NCBI GenBank assembly: GCA_013239625.1
Contig: MU053164.1
Location: 24,734-88,733 of the forward strand
Length of the DNA stretch: 64,000 nt
DNA from: Lama guanicoe
Lineage: Eukaryota
Direction: 5' to 3'
A program made the position numbers and the translations under genes. The notes beneath the pieces were generated by a model, which saw nothing but the letters and a program-made list of their open reading frames with translations, did no database searches and had not been told where the DNA came from. This document shows, piece after piece, positions 51,111 to 64,000 of the stretch. The first letter of the stretch is position 1; each line of letters opens with the position of its first letter.

Positions 51111-54100
51111 TGAAACACCATTCTTCAAAAGTTAACAATCCCACCAGAGTTATTACTCTGCCCTTTGTGTAACTGTTTTAGCTAATAAGCTCAATTTCTG
51201 CTTAACGTTGGGAATTTCATAAAATGTAATTAATGCTGAATTGGAACTTTGAACTTNNNNNNNNNNNNNNNNNNNNNNNNNNNNNNNNNNNNNNNNNNNN
51301 NNNNNNNNNNNNNNNNNNNNNNNNNNNNNNNNNNNNNNNNNNNNNNNNNNNNNNNNNNNNNNNNNNNNNNNNNNNNNNNNNNNNNNNNNNNNNNNNNNNN
51401 NNNNNNNNNNNNNNNNNNNNNNNNNNNNNNNNNNNNNNNNNNNNNNNNNNNNNNNNNNNNNNNNNNNNNNNNNNNNNNNNNNNNNNNNNNNNNNNNNNNN
51501 NNNNNNNNNNNNNNNNNNNNNNNNNNNNNNNNNNNNNNNNNNNNNNNNNNNNNNNNNNNNNNNNNNNNNNNNNNNNNNNNNNNNNNNNNNNNNNNNNNNN
51601 NNNNNNNNNNNNNNNNNNNNNNNNNNNNNNNNNNNNNNNNNNNNNNNNNNNNNNNNNNNNNNNNNNNNNNNNNNNNNNNNNNNNNNNNNNNNNNNNNNNN
51701 NNNNNNNNNNNNNNNNNNNNNNNNNNNNNNNNNNNNNNNNNNNNNNNNNNNNNNNNNNNNNNNNNNNNNNNNNNNNNNNNNNNNNNNNNNNNNNNNNNNN
51801 NNNNNNNNNNNNNNNNNNNNNNNNNNNNNNNNNNNNNNNNNNNNNNNNNNNNNNNNNNNNNNNNNNNNNNNNNNNNNNNNNNNNNNNNNNNNNNNNNNNN
51901 NNNNNNNNNNNNNNNNNNNNNNNNNNNNNNNNNNNNNNNNNNNNNNNNNNNNNNNNNNNNNNNNNNNNNNNNNNNNNNNNNNNNNNNNNNNNNNNNNNNN
52001 NNNNNNNNNNNNNNNNNNNNNNNNNNNNNNNNNNNNNNNNNNNNNAAAAAAAATCTATTCTGGTTATGAGGATATCTCATAAGCTAACTTTCCTGCTGAA
52101 AGGAAGAGTACTCTTGAGTTCTGGGTTTTCTACACCAAGCATGAGTCTCCCTTATTTCTGAGCCATTTCTTGGTATAAATCCTTTGTGTGTGTGTGTGTA
52201 TGTTCATGTGTGTGTTTAAGTAAACTCCTTAAGCTTCAGTTCTGCATGATGTCAGTGTGTGATAGAATTTGTAGAAGGCTCTAGGGTGTGATTTGGAAAA
52301 TTTTGTTTCCGAATCCTCAAAAAATATACACAGGATGGTATTAGATATATATTGTTACTTAATTTGTACAGCATGTGTGCTCATTGTGTAGTGCCAGAGT
52401 GCACATACGTACGTAGGAAGATAGTTCAAAGTGCTTCTCTAATATATTTTAATTTGTTAAGGCAAAGTAAATACGTTTTCTGGAGTTTGGCCTTATATGA
52501 CAATGTGAGATGCAGGTTTGGGAGATGTTGAGGTTTAAATGCTAGTTGTTTTATCTAGGTTTGATTTTTAGATTACAGCAACTTGGAATTCAGTTTAGAA
52601 CTCCTCACAGCCTCTTGATCTGCTGTGAGGAGTGAATAAATTAGCTAAAAACCTATACTTGTGAGGCAGGCCCATTACTTTGAGCAAGTAAAATAGATAT
52701 TTTAAAGAAATACTCCATCTTTCCCAGGTCACAGAGATGGTGATTATTACAGCCTAAAATTTTTAGAGGGAAAGGAAACATTCTATCTTTGCCCCAAGAA
52801 TGAGATGACTAAGAAGCAGAGAATCTTCAAAATACATGAACACAGAGAAGCTTACTGCTTGAAGGCACAGCAAATGAATAGAGGGGGAGGAAAGCCAGAG
52901 ATGAGCTAATTCAAGCAATAAATTGAATCACAAGGAGTTTAGAGAAAATTGAGAAAAGGGAAAGAGTGTGGCCAGAGGGAGATAGAAGTGTTACAAATGA
53001 TATAAATGCTAGTCAGACAGTGTAATTTTTATTGCCAGGTACTGTTCTAGACCCTAGGATACAAGGTAAAAAAGGATAGCTTGTTTCTGTCCTCAAGTAC
53101 TTTAAAATAACTTGGGAAAATTAGGCTGCAGAGAAGAAGGGGAGCAGTGAACACCCACTGGGCACTTAACTGTTGCCTCCATGCACTGGTGATCTGCACA
53201 TTGTTTTATTTCATTTAATGTTCACTATATCCTATGTGGTGGGTACCTTCAGAACCTCACTCTGACTCCAGGCTCTTTTTTTCACCCTTTCATCTTAAAA
53301 TAGTTTCCATAATAAAGCAGACACAAGGCGTGTACATGAGGACCTATCCAAACCTTACTAATTTATTGTGTCTCAGTTAAATATCTCTAAGAAAATCCCC
53401 TCTCCCCTCCAAGTGTCTTCCAACAGGGACACCTGCCGATGCCACACAAGCACTCAGAGCTGTGGCAGTGGACAGAGCAGCAATTGGAACTGTAAGAGGG
53501 GGACAAGCAAACAGAGCCCCCCTCAGCTGGGCTGGGTCTGAGGGATGCTCTGACCTATGGCTCTACCTATCCTGGCGTCCAACACAGGCCAGAGGTGATA
53601 GACAAAGTCAGAGGAGCTGATTTCAGTCAAGGCAGCTCTCTGCACCCTGTCGCACTAGATCAACCAGTGGTTGGTCTGGTGTCATGTAGACAAAACAACT
53701 ATTTGATGAGTGAGTCTTTCACTTCCCACAGCTCAAGTCAGCATGAGTCTAGGGTGGTGCCTGCCAAGTAGTGGGCAAATTGTGGCCCCAAACATGTTGC
53801 TGTTTGCCATGCTGGAGGCGGCCCCACATTCCCACTGCCCTCAGAGGGGTTTGGTTTGGAGCTGGGGGCAACAGAAGGAAGCTAAGACTGGGAAACTGAC
53901 AACTAGGATGGGGCTAACCTGAAAAGGTCTCAGGGGTTTCCCAAGTTTAGTTACCCTCTTGTCCAGAGTGGGGTTGGCAGAGACCTTGGCCTCACCCCAG
54001 CGTGTGCCTGTGTGTGCCTGACCAGGCTGTAACAAAGGCTTTCTCGGAATCTGAGGTTAAGAAAGATGAAGGGCAGGGGCCGCCTGTCTGTCTGCAATGG

Positions 54101-55497
54101 TCATATTACATAATAATAGCTTTCTCTGATCTTTCTTCTGCCTGTTCGTGGTTTCTCTACTTCCCTTCAACTTTGTAACGTGACACCCAGCTGCTGGCTT
54201 CTTACCTCTGCTACCTGCCCCCACCTCCCAAATCTCAGATTCACACAGAGAACAGAGACCCCTCCTGTTTTGAAGCCTGGAGGATCACACCAGTTCCCTT
54301 ACAATCCCTCTGTTTGCTGGACTCATTGTTTAGTGATGCTGTAGCCAGTTGAGGGCCATTCATCCTGCCTCCATGTCTCCCTTTCCCAGTTTAGTCTAAG
54401 GTTACTGTGCTGGAAAAATCTGAGCAAAGTCGTAATGTGAGAATGTATCCCTAGTCCCTGAAGTTCAGGTTTTCTGTGGCTTTAAATATCACCTTGGGTT
54501 TTTGGGTTTTTTTTTTTAACTAATTTTTCTTTGTATGAACTTTCCTAACACTTAAGTATAGCTAAGGTTAAAAGTATATGATATAATTAAGAAGAAGGTG
54601 ATTACATCTTATCCGTAAATGAAATATTTTGATGATGACCTACCATTCTATTACATAGGAAGAATTTGTAAAATATATGTATTTTCAAGGAAGAGTTAGC
54701 CTTGCTTTTCTAAATTTATGTGTTTTTTTCTGTGAGATTGGGTTCTGAGAGCCAGCCTTTCAGTTGAATACTTTGATACACATGGTCTAATCTTTTTTTC
54801 AAAGATTAGCTTCATGTAGCTTTAATATTTATATAGTTTCTTTGTCTAGAAGTATTACTTTAATTGAACTAAGCTCTGAATACATGAGGAAAAGAAGAGG
54901 ATCGCAGTGCCAGGAAAGTGCTGCCTGGTTGGGCACTGGACTAGGATTCAGAGAATGACTACTCACCGAGGGGTCCTGAGAAGTCAGTCCCCATGGGCTT
55001 TGAAGTGGGTTTAATAATAATACCACATCTGGTTGGGTTGTTGAGAAAACTGAACTGCATGAGGGATGTGAAAGTGCTTGGAAGCCCCAAATCACTGTAT
55101 ATTTCTATTATGTCCTGCTATTTTTGCAGCAGAAAAAATTGGATTATTTGTCTTATTATTGAGTTGAAAGAGTTTATTATGCATCCTGTATACAAAGCCT
55201 TTATTAGACATATTATCTGCAGTTGTTCTGTCCCTGACTGTGGCTTGTCTTTTCATTTTTTTAATAATGCTTTTTGAAAAGCATATGCTTTTTTTTTTAG
55301 AAAGTTCAATTTATTGTTTCTTCCTGTTTTGTAGCCTATACTTTTGATGAGTTATTTAGAAATAATTACCAAATCCAAGGTTATGAGGATTTACTCTTAT
55401 GTCTTCTTTCAAGAGTTCAAGAGTTTCATTTATTGCAGTTAGATATATTATCCATTTTGTTAATTTTTATATATGTTATGAAGTAAGGATCTAAGTC

Positions 55498-55700
55498 AGA
55501 GGTTGGCAGACTTTCTCTGTACGGGGCCATCGGGCTTTGTGGGCTGGACAGCATCTGTCCCAGCTCCTCACCTGTGCTGTTGTAGCATGAAGCAGTCATG
55601 GACAGTATGCAAACAGATATGACTGTGTTTCAAAAAAGTTTATTTGCAAAAGGAGGCAGCAGACTGGATTTACTTTATGGGGGTAGTTTGTTGATCTGTG
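55498..55700 (+). mobile_element. MER58-like hAT MITE
   Basis: cagaggttggcagactttctctgtacggggcc ... gtagtttgttgatctgtg, imperfect TIRs. Confidence 0.65.
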
Positions 55701-56276
55701 GTCTAAATATTACTTTTTGCAGGTAGATATCCAATTGCCCCAGCTCCATTTGCTGGAAAAGATTATCTTTTCCCTATTGAATTGCCTTAATTTCTTTGTT
55801 GAAAATCTATTGACCATAATGAAGCACTATTTCTGGACTCTCTGCTGTGTTCCATTGAGTGGCATGTCTATCCTTTTGCCAGTACTACACTTTCTTGATA
55901 ACTGTAGCTTTGTAGTAAGTTTTAAAATCAAGAAGTACAAATTTCAGCATTATTTTGACCATTCTAAATTGTCTGCATTTCCATATAGATTTTAGGGTCG
56001 ATCTATCAATTTCTGCAAAAACAAAACAAAACAAAAAAACAAAACTGATCTAAGATTTTCTCAGAGATTAGTGAATGCCTCCGCCCACCTTCAGACCACA
56101 GGACGGGCTGGCACTCCAGAGAGACCCCCAAGCTGCAGCCTATCCCTCTGTCTCTGTTAGACTGATCTCCAAATTGTATTTTCATTGTTTAGAGTTTGGG
56201 CCTGTGAAATTAGAACTCATAAGTAGGTTCAAGAATTTCTTCCAGGACAAATTTGAGGTCCTCTGAACTTCTGTGC

Positions 56277-56307
56277 CCCTAAACCTAACCCTAACCCTAA
56301 ACCTAAC
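56277..56307. repeat. Short interstitial telomere-like array, (CCCTAA/ACCTAA)x5
   Basis: ccctaaacctaaccctaaccctaaacctaac read directly. Confidence 0.75.
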
Positions 56308-57829
56308 TTAGTGAGTCTATAGATCGATTTGAGAGAATTTCCATTTTAACAATATGGGTTCTTCCAATTGATAAAATTGGAAACTATATCAATTTATTTA
56401 GATCTCCTTTAATTACTTTCTGTTAAGAAAACAATAGCAATAAACCACATTATCACCTCAATAGAAAAATACATTTGACAAATCTAATATTCATTTATGA
56501 TGAAACCTGTCAAAAACCTTGGAATAGAAGAGAAATTCATTAGCTGGATAAAAGCCCTCTTTAAAAAATCCTGTCTTCTGAAGCAGCATGGAGATTTTTA
56601 GAAACAAGGAGCCAGGGGCCCACTCCCTAAAAGAATGAATCAGAGCCTCTGGCCAGGATCCCACCTTGGCTAGTGGTCTCTAGTCAGGAAACACGGACAG
56701 CGAAGCGCACAAGGAAGGACTGGGACACCCCGGAAGCGGGGGGGTGTGGGCAAAGGTCCGCAAGGCTCAGTCTTGTTTGGTTACTGCCAGCAGGGACTCT
56801 TCCTGCAGGGTCAGGAGCTGTGGACTCAGTGACTCAGGGGTCCTAGATACATGTCCTTTTGTAACAGGCACAACTGTTCTGCTGTACATTGATTGCTAAC
56901 ATTTTAAAGGCATGGTAGGTAGAGTCCACACATCTGAGGGAGGGGTCACCCCCCCACTTCTTATTTATGTCCATTTAAGCTCTAAGCATTTTGGCCTACG
57001 TTATCACATCCCAATCCTCACAGCTCTTCCAAGTCAGCAGGTCAGGCTGCATTACGTATTTTCAAAAGAGACATCTTTTAATGCTTAGAGAAAGAAAATG
57101 TGTTGCCCCTGGGCCCGCAGTCTGGGGGTCATGCTGAGACTGGCCCCAGGCTCTGAGGCAGGGAGGTAAATGGACCTTGCAGTTTCTTCATTCTCAGTTT
57201 GTCAGGGGAGGGAAGTACAAGGGGATTTAGAGGACAAAGCTTGCCCAAAGTGTGTGCCTTTGCTGGGGCATCCTGGAGAACTGGGGTAACTGGATGAAGT
57301 CAGAGCCACAACTGGAAAGCAGATCACCCAGTTCTAGACCCAGCCCTGCTGTGGTCCAGTGTGGTCCTGGGCGAGTCCCTTCCCCTTCTCCCACCCCAGA
57401 CCTCCTTGTCCTTAATGCAGGAAGAACTGCGTGGCTGACCTCTAAGGTGTAGGCTGGCACCAGGATGCAGATTCTTTCTGTTCATCTTCATTCTGCTTGG
57501 TTTCTATGGATTATGCTTTTGGAAAATGAATCAATTTGATTTCTTATTGTAAATACTTCATTTTCCTTTATATAATTGCCAGTGAATATGAAGGACTTTA
57601 TTTTCCATGCCAAGCCACAGTGCCTGTTACTTGACCCCCCCAAAGTGGCAACTTTAACCTCCCGATGACTGCTGTTAGAGACAAATGCAGAGGGTGGGGG
57701 AGGCACCAAGCCAGACAGTATCAGGACATCATCTCAATCCTCACCTAGGCTTTGAATCATCTTTGAATCATCTTTTGAGTGGGTTTCCAATGGTCTAAGT
57801 CAGCCCATGGACTCAACACCCCATCATAA

Positions 57830-58020
57830 TAATGTTCATTAAGCATTTATTATGTGCCAGGCACTATTCTCCATGCTTTTCATACATTTGTTAATTTAAT
57901 CCTTATAACAACTCTATTAAGTTATTGTTATTCTCATTTCAAACCAGTGAATATGAAGGCACAGACAGGGTAGGTAACTTGTCCCAGACCACACAGCAAG
58001 TGGTAGGAGCCCAGAGCTAG
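57830..58020 (-). mobile_element. MIR SINE
   Basis: gcatttattatgtgccaggcactattct..tttaatccttataacaactctat..gaaggcacagacagggtaggtaacttgtcccagaccacacagc (MIR core). Confidence 0.7.
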
Positions 58021-59377
58021 ACAAGGCCCATGGTTACCAGTAAGAAACTGGAGAGGAAGCAAAGAGCATTAAGATGCAGATGTCTCCACGGACAGTGCTC
58101 CATCCCATGCCTGGTAAAATGGGGGTGACAGAGCCAGGTAGGTTCAGAAAATCTGAGAGCAATGAAGATATGGCAACAACTGAAGTGGAAATGTCTGAGT
58201 GGGGTGTGCAGGCAGGCAGGGGTCGGTGAGATCAGCAAGTGCCCATGCCCAGCAGAGCAGGCAGGCACCTGTGTGTGCAAGGGCAGCCCTGAAGGAAACG
58301 GCGAGTTATCCAGCCTGAGGAACCCCTTGTACAGGGACAGGAGAAAGTCAGAGGAACCACGAGCTGACTGAGAGTGTTTCCACCAGGCAGGGGAACCAAG
58401 ACTTAGAGCAAAGGTTAGTTACAAAAAGATCGTTACTTTTTTTGCACGTGGGATTTTGTGGATTGAAATTTGTACCCTTTATTTTAAATAGGATTTTAAA
58501 ACATGAAATATGGATCCCATTTTCAAGTTACTCCCAATCTAGGCAGGAAACAACTGTACCATAAGGGCCAGAGCCCTGGGTGTGCAAGGTCACAAGGCCT
58601 GACCTCAAGACCAGTTCCCCTACTTTCCAAAGTGATCTAAGCTTTGGGGTCCTTCATCTGTAAAATGGACACATGGCAGTAACTCACCAGGTACTGGGTA
58701 TATTAAGTGAAAGGCATGTGAAGGACAGCAGGAAACTCTGTTTGCATTGGGGCAGGCTCTGACACCTTGTAAGTGGATTTTTCTTTCTCTTTTTAGAAAA
58801 TTAAATAAAATAATGCCAATAAAGCTCTTGTTGCAAAGTAGAACTTTAATAAATGTTAATTGCCTTCTCTTAAAAAAAAAACCCCCACCTTTTGCCCTTG
58901 ATAGCAGACACTATAAATGCACCCACTCAAATCCCCTTCATTGGGTCTGTGAGTCCTCTTCAGTTTCTGTGTGCTTTGCTTTTAAAGGCTTGCATCTGTG
59001 ATCTTCAGAAGGCTGCTCCGGGCTGCTAGAGCCATTTCCTCTCCAAACTACTCACCTCTGCAAAGCAGGAGGTGCCCGGGAGTTGATGTCCACCACTCTT
59101 CACACTCACATATGCACTTGCACTCACACAGGCAGCCAGCAGCTAGTGACTGACTTGTGCAGGAGATGCACACTCTGAGATGTAACGTACATGCCAGAGC
59201 TACCCCAAAGATCGGACTGAGGTTGGAATCGCTTCAAAACTCACCCTTGCTTGACTCCTTCCCCTCCCCTGTTCTCCTACCCCTCCCACCTCCTGCACTT
59301 TTCTCTCCTAATAAGTCACTTGCACACAAACCCCCACCTGAGGCCCGCTTCTAGGGAACCAGACTAAGACACTCAGG

Positions 59378-59710
59378 GCTATGGACTGAATGTCTGTGTC
59401 CCCCCACATATAGGATTTATTTGTTGAAACTGTAACCCCCCGGGGAACTGTATTAGGAGATGAAGCCTTTGGGAAATGCTCAGGTCATGAGGGTGGAGCC
59501 CTCATGAGTGGGGTCAGTGCCCCTATAACAGGGATCCCAGAGCACCCCCTCGCCCCTCCCACCGGGTAAGGACACTGCAAGAAGACAGCCATCTGTGAAC
59601 CAGGAGGCAGATCATCTTGAACTTCCCAGCCTCCAGAACTGTGAGAGGTAAATGTTTGTTGTTTACAGTACCCAACCTCTGGTAGGTTGGTTGTCTAAGC
59701 TATGCTGCCT
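59378..59710 (+). mobile_element. MaLR (MLT1A/B-like) LTR
   Basis: gctatggactgaatgtctgtgtccccc, gtcatgagggtggagccctcatgag, ttcccagcctccagaactgtgagag. Confidence 0.75.
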
Positions 59711-60849
59711 GAACATCATGGAAGTCTGCTGAATCCCTCATGGTGCAGCGGAGCTGAGTTCTGCACCCCAGCTGTCGAGTGGCATGGGGGAGGTGGCAGG
59801 TGGAGATGCCTACCGCTGGGCAAGACAGAGTAGGGGGAGGAGAGACCAGGACCAAGGAGAAGGTTTGCTGACAGAAATCCCTCCCTCTCTCTCCATGCCT
59901 CCTGACACCAAATTTTAAACCCCTTCATGGGAACTGTGGGGGAGCCATTCCTGGTTTTTGTAGAGAGAAGTGATGTGGTTCACCATTTGTATCAGAAAGT
60001 TGGCTTTGGGGGTAACATGATGACTCTATTGGAAATACCAGAGGCAAAAGAAAGGAAGGCCTGTTGAAAGACTATTGCAGCAATACTGAAGACAAATGAC
60101 AAAGGGTAGCCGCAGTAGGGATAAGCAGTACTGAACTGTGATGAGATTAATGAGAAGGGGCAGAATAAACAGAACCTGGAGATCCATCACATGCCTGTAG
60201 ACCAGGGATAAGCGGGTTGGACCATGCCTGTGCTGCTGGGTATATGAAGGAGGGGAAGAGGATAATGAGCAAGTTTGGGACAGAAGATAATTCATGGATG
60301 TGTTGTATTAACTTGATAGTGAGATATCCAGCTGTGTCAGCTACTGCCACAAAAATGCTGTGTAACAAGCCACCCCAGACTCAGTTACTTAAATCAATTG
60401 TCATTTCTTCTTCTTCATGTTTGCAGGTTAAATGGCTGTCAGCTGATCTAGACTGAGCTGTTCCATGTTTGTCTTATCCTTGGACCAGTGCTCTATCCAA
60501 GGTATATTCTCATGGCAATGACAGAAGCCTATGAGGGCAAGCGGAAATACATAAGCACGTGTCAAGTCTCTGTTTGTCCTACATCTGCTAACAGCCATTA
60601 GCTAAAAGAAGTTTCATAGTTGAGCCCAAAATCAAGGGGCAAGAGGAAGGGAGAAAGGAGAAACTAACCACCAAACAATAATCAAATCCAGCCATGAGCA
60701 AACTGTAATCTGTAGGTCAAGTCCAGGCTATTGCCTGTTTTTATAAACAAAGTTTTATTGCAATGCAGTCATGCCCATTTGTTTCTGTTGCCTCTGGGTG
60801 CTTTCACGCTACAGGGGCAGAGCTGAGTAGTGCAACAGAGAGACTTGGG

Positions 60850-61251
60850 TTGTTCTAGAAGTGTACATAAACGGAATCATACTGTCTGGATTCTTTCATT
60901 CAGCATGATTGTTTTGCGGTCATCCATGTTGTATTAGTGGTTTTTCCTCTTTAATTGTTGGGTAGCATTCTATTGTATGGTTATAGTATAATTTGTTCAT
61001 CCATTCACCTGTTAATGGACATTGGGGCTGCTTCCACTTTTTGGCTATCACAAGTAAAGCTCTGTGAGCATGCAGACAGAACACTTGGTGTGGACATGCG
61101 CTTTCATGTCTCTCTCAAAGTAGAATGACTGGATCATATTTTATTACATTTTTCTCCTTCATCCCTAATCTTTACTCTTGCTCTCCCTTAAGCACCCACT
61201 CTGATACATTCCTTTAACCATGAACATATCCTCTTAAAATGCTCAGAGCTG

Positions 61252-61286
<35 letters not shown>

Positions 61287-62470
61287 GGTGGCAGGGATGG
61301 TTAACTTACGTACACAGTACTAGGCTGTAAATCTAGTTCTGTTTCTTACTTGTTTCACTTGACCTTACTCTTTGAGCTCCACTCTGCATCCTCTGCAATT
61401 AAAAGCTTGTTGCTTCTAACTGCTGTGCAGCATTCATGGTGTGTCCCCACCACTTTACTTATCCCTCCCTTTGCTGGCCTGACTGCTTCCTCACTGCCTG
61501 ACCAACCAGTTACCTGCCTGGGCTCCACCAGTGCTCCAGCCCCCACCTCCCCACATCCTGGCCCACACTGGGTACCTACCCAATTTGCAAATCTTTGCCA
61601 TTCTGATGGGTGTCAAGTAATACCGTGTTTCAGTGTATGTTTATCTTATTACTAATGAGACTGAGTATCTTTTCAAATACCCATTGGCTCTTAGGACCTC
61701 TCTTTCTGGGAATTACCATTTAATATTCTTTGCTTGTCAAACTTTGTTCTTCCTGGCTTGTCCTTACTGATAGGCAGGAGCTCTTTTTTCTGGTTTGTTT
61801 GAATCAAGACATAACTTTCATAAAGTGAAGTGCACAGATCTTTAGTGTGGAACGTGACTAGTTCTTACATATGTTTACATCAGTGTAACCACTGCCCAGA
61901 TCAAGACTTAGAGCAGTCCTAGCCTTCACAAAGGCTCCCTGTGGTCCCCTGGTCAAGTATCTCTTAAGGTAGCAGCTATTCTGACCTCTATCACCTTAGG
62001 TCAGTTTTCCTGTCCCAAAATTTCATATCAATGGAATTAAACAATATGTACTTTTTTCTCTGAATAGTGTCTGTAAGACCCGTCTATGTTGTTTGCAGCA
62101 TTAAGTCAGTCTTCTTTATTGCTGCATGATATTCCACCGTGTGCCTACGCCACAATTATTCACCCTTTTGCTTGATGATGGACATTGGGTTGTTTCCAGT
62201 CTGGGGTTATTATATATGAATAAAGCTTCTATAAACATTCTTGAACATGCCTTATGTTGGGTATAAGCACTCAGTGCAGTTGAGGGTGGAATTGTTGCAT
62301 CATGGGGATTTTTGCAGGTTTAGCTTTAATGGACACTTGCAAACATTTTCTAAAGTGTTCATACCAATTTACACTCCTACCAGTAGTGTGGGAAAATTCC
62401 AGTTGCTCCTCATCCCTGACAATACTTGATATTTTCAGTTTTTTTTAATTGTAGCCATTCTGGTGGGTTT
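60850..62470 (-). mobile_element. Cluster of old L1M(E/C) 3' fragments
   Basis: Repeated antisense L1 motifs (ccattcacctgttaatggacattggggctgcttcc; gatggacattgggttgtttccagt; ccaatttacactcctaccag). Confidence 0.65.
61255..61284. repeat. (TG)n microsatellite
   Basis: Directly visible run of about 15 units. Confidence 0.9.
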
Positions 62471-62869
62471 TGTAAGAGATCTATGTATTCTAAGAGATTC
62501 ACTTCTCTAGGATTTTTTATACTGTATTGTAAAGGTAATTTCACCCACCTGTTATCTTAGTCTATCGTGTACGTATCTGTCTCCACACCTGTAAGTGGGA
62601 ATAACACTATGTACCTTCAAAACCTGGCAAAAAATGGGTGCTCAGTTCATGTCACTGTACATTTCTGTCTCCACCATCAGATTGGTGCTCTCCCAGGGCA
62701 GGGACTGAATCTTAACTTGTGTAGCAACCAGGGCCCAGCTCTGTGCCAGCAAGGAGAGGTTTTTCAATACAGTTTGTTGACTGAGTAAATGACAGCGCCT
62801 CCCAGACGCAATCTCCAGGCTGCAATTCAAGGATCTGAGGGAGGGAACGAGGGGCTGAGGCAGTGAAGC

Positions 62870-63470
62870 GGGAGAAAGCACTTCCCTGCGGGGGGCCAGC
62901 AGGGTCCGGTGGTGGGGGAGAGCCTCCTCCCCCAGGCCTCTGGCGCGGGACCTCGGGAGTGGGGATGCGGGTAGGTGGGACCCGGCCAGGAGGCGGTAGC
63001 TTTTCCTCCTGAGCACTCGCTGCCCTGGTGGGCCGTGCGGAGCTGGCCAGCTGCTTTCTGTCCCTCTGCCACTCCCTTTATCCCCCCAAACGCTCTGCCC
63101 AGAGGAGGAGCAGATGGAGCAGCAGGAGGAGCAGGCCGAGCCGGAGAAGGAGGTCGCTAGCGTCGCGCCCGCGCGGCCGCCCGAGCCTCCCTTGGGCTCC
63201 CACTGCCCTGGTTCGGCCCGGCCGGACCCGGCCTCGCCGGCGCCGGCAGCCGGACGGGGGCGCCGCGGCCCCTCGCCGCCCGGGCGCTCGGCCACCCGGC
63301 TGCCGCGGCCGCCGCCCCTTCTGCCCGCAGAGCGGCCGCAGCCAGGCTGGGCAGCCCCGGGGCGCCCCGCCGCGGGCATCGCCCTCCCCGGGCAAACAGC
63401 CCTTCTCAGCCAGGGGTTCGCCACGCCCCCACGGAGCACTTCCAGGCTCGCAATTAGGGTCTAGTCCACC
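62870..63470. promoter_or_regulatory. CpG island with an exon-like acidic/Pro-rich ORF (63114-63464); gene not recognised
   Basis: Sharp GC/CpG-rich block; pyrimidine tract with cccag acceptor-like site at 63101-63102. Confidence 0.6.
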
Positions 63471-64000
63471 CCTCCGTTTACGCACTAGGGCAGAAGGGGA
63501 AGCAACTGGTCAAAGTGGCGTGGTGGACTAGGGACAGAGTCAGCCCTAGGCTCTAACCCCAAACCCCGGTCCTCCCTTGCCTCTGCCCTGTGTCCAACAC
63601 AGGCATTTCACTCAATTATGCCTCCCAAGTCCCTCTGGACTCCCCAGGCTCCCCTGGCTCTGCATGCTCTGAGTCAAAGACAGGTCCTGTGTACCACTGG
63701 GGCTGGAAGCCCCCATCATAGGCCTCCTGCCTTCCCTCTTGTCCCCCTAACATCCCATCCCCCATCCAGCAGCCAAAGTGATCTCTTAGAACATGAATCT
63801 GACCACCACAATGCCCTGTTTAAAAGTGACATCTTTCAGCACACTGGGAACACAGGTGAGAGCCAGGCCCACAGCCCCAGGCCCCTGCCTTTACTCCTCT
63901 CCTCCCACTAAGCTCAGCCTCTGGTCTGAGCTCCAACCTGCCAAGTTCATTTCCACCCCAGAGTCTTTGCACTTGCTGTTCCCTCTTCCCCAAACACTTT

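Larger units (their letters stand above)
55130..56410 (-). mobile_element. Old L1 ORF2 fragment interrupted by a MER58-like element and a telomere-repeat-bearing insert
   Basis: gatatccaattgccccagctccatttgctggaaaagattatcttttccc and ttgataactgtagctttgtagtaagttttaaaatc are typical antisense L1 ORF2. Confidence 0.75.

Noticed and set aside
52600..52640. 12-bp perfect stem ACTCCTCACAGC/GCTGTGAGGAGT followed by AATAAA
   Set aside because: Resembles the intrinsic CCTCACAG..TGTGAGG hairpin of the MIR core; too short to call an ncRNA
62642..63531. 265-, 167- and 135-aa overlapping ORFs across the downstream CpG island
   Set aside because: Low-complexity GC-driven frames with no recognisable homology; only the acceptor-linked frame was kept as a hypothesis

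Overview
Mammalian genomic DNA with six N-gaps. It is probably camelid, judged from the young L1 3' ends and the absence of Alu, Bov-A or PRE SINEs; this is an inference. Most of the window is a + strand ARHGAP20 (or ARHGAP20-like) gene. Thirteen coding exons (7270-47880) encode the PH, RA and RhoGAP domains plus a long C-terminal tail, all with canonical AG/GT sites and matching phases; the first two coding exons were not found in the window. The introns carry two processed pseudogenes: CAVIN3/PRKCDBP (- strand, 6239-6933) and TPST2 (+ strand, 17021-19150, with TSD and poly-A). L1, L2, MIR, MLT1, ERV LTR and hAT relics are also present. The most unusual observations are: (1) a tandem duplication plus a 209-bp deletion that truncates ARHGAP20 by 81 aa and strands the ancestral C-terminal coding sequence in the 3' UTR; (2) a 576-bp palindrome in the probable 3' UTR, built around a self-complementary 42-bp minisatellite; (3) a dead CAVIN3 retrocopy that has gained GC/CpG and forms a CpG island just upstream of an ARHGAP20 exon; (4) an unexplained downstream CpG island with an exon-like ORF. 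Gene and repeat-family identities come from my recall of known sequences, not from database searches.
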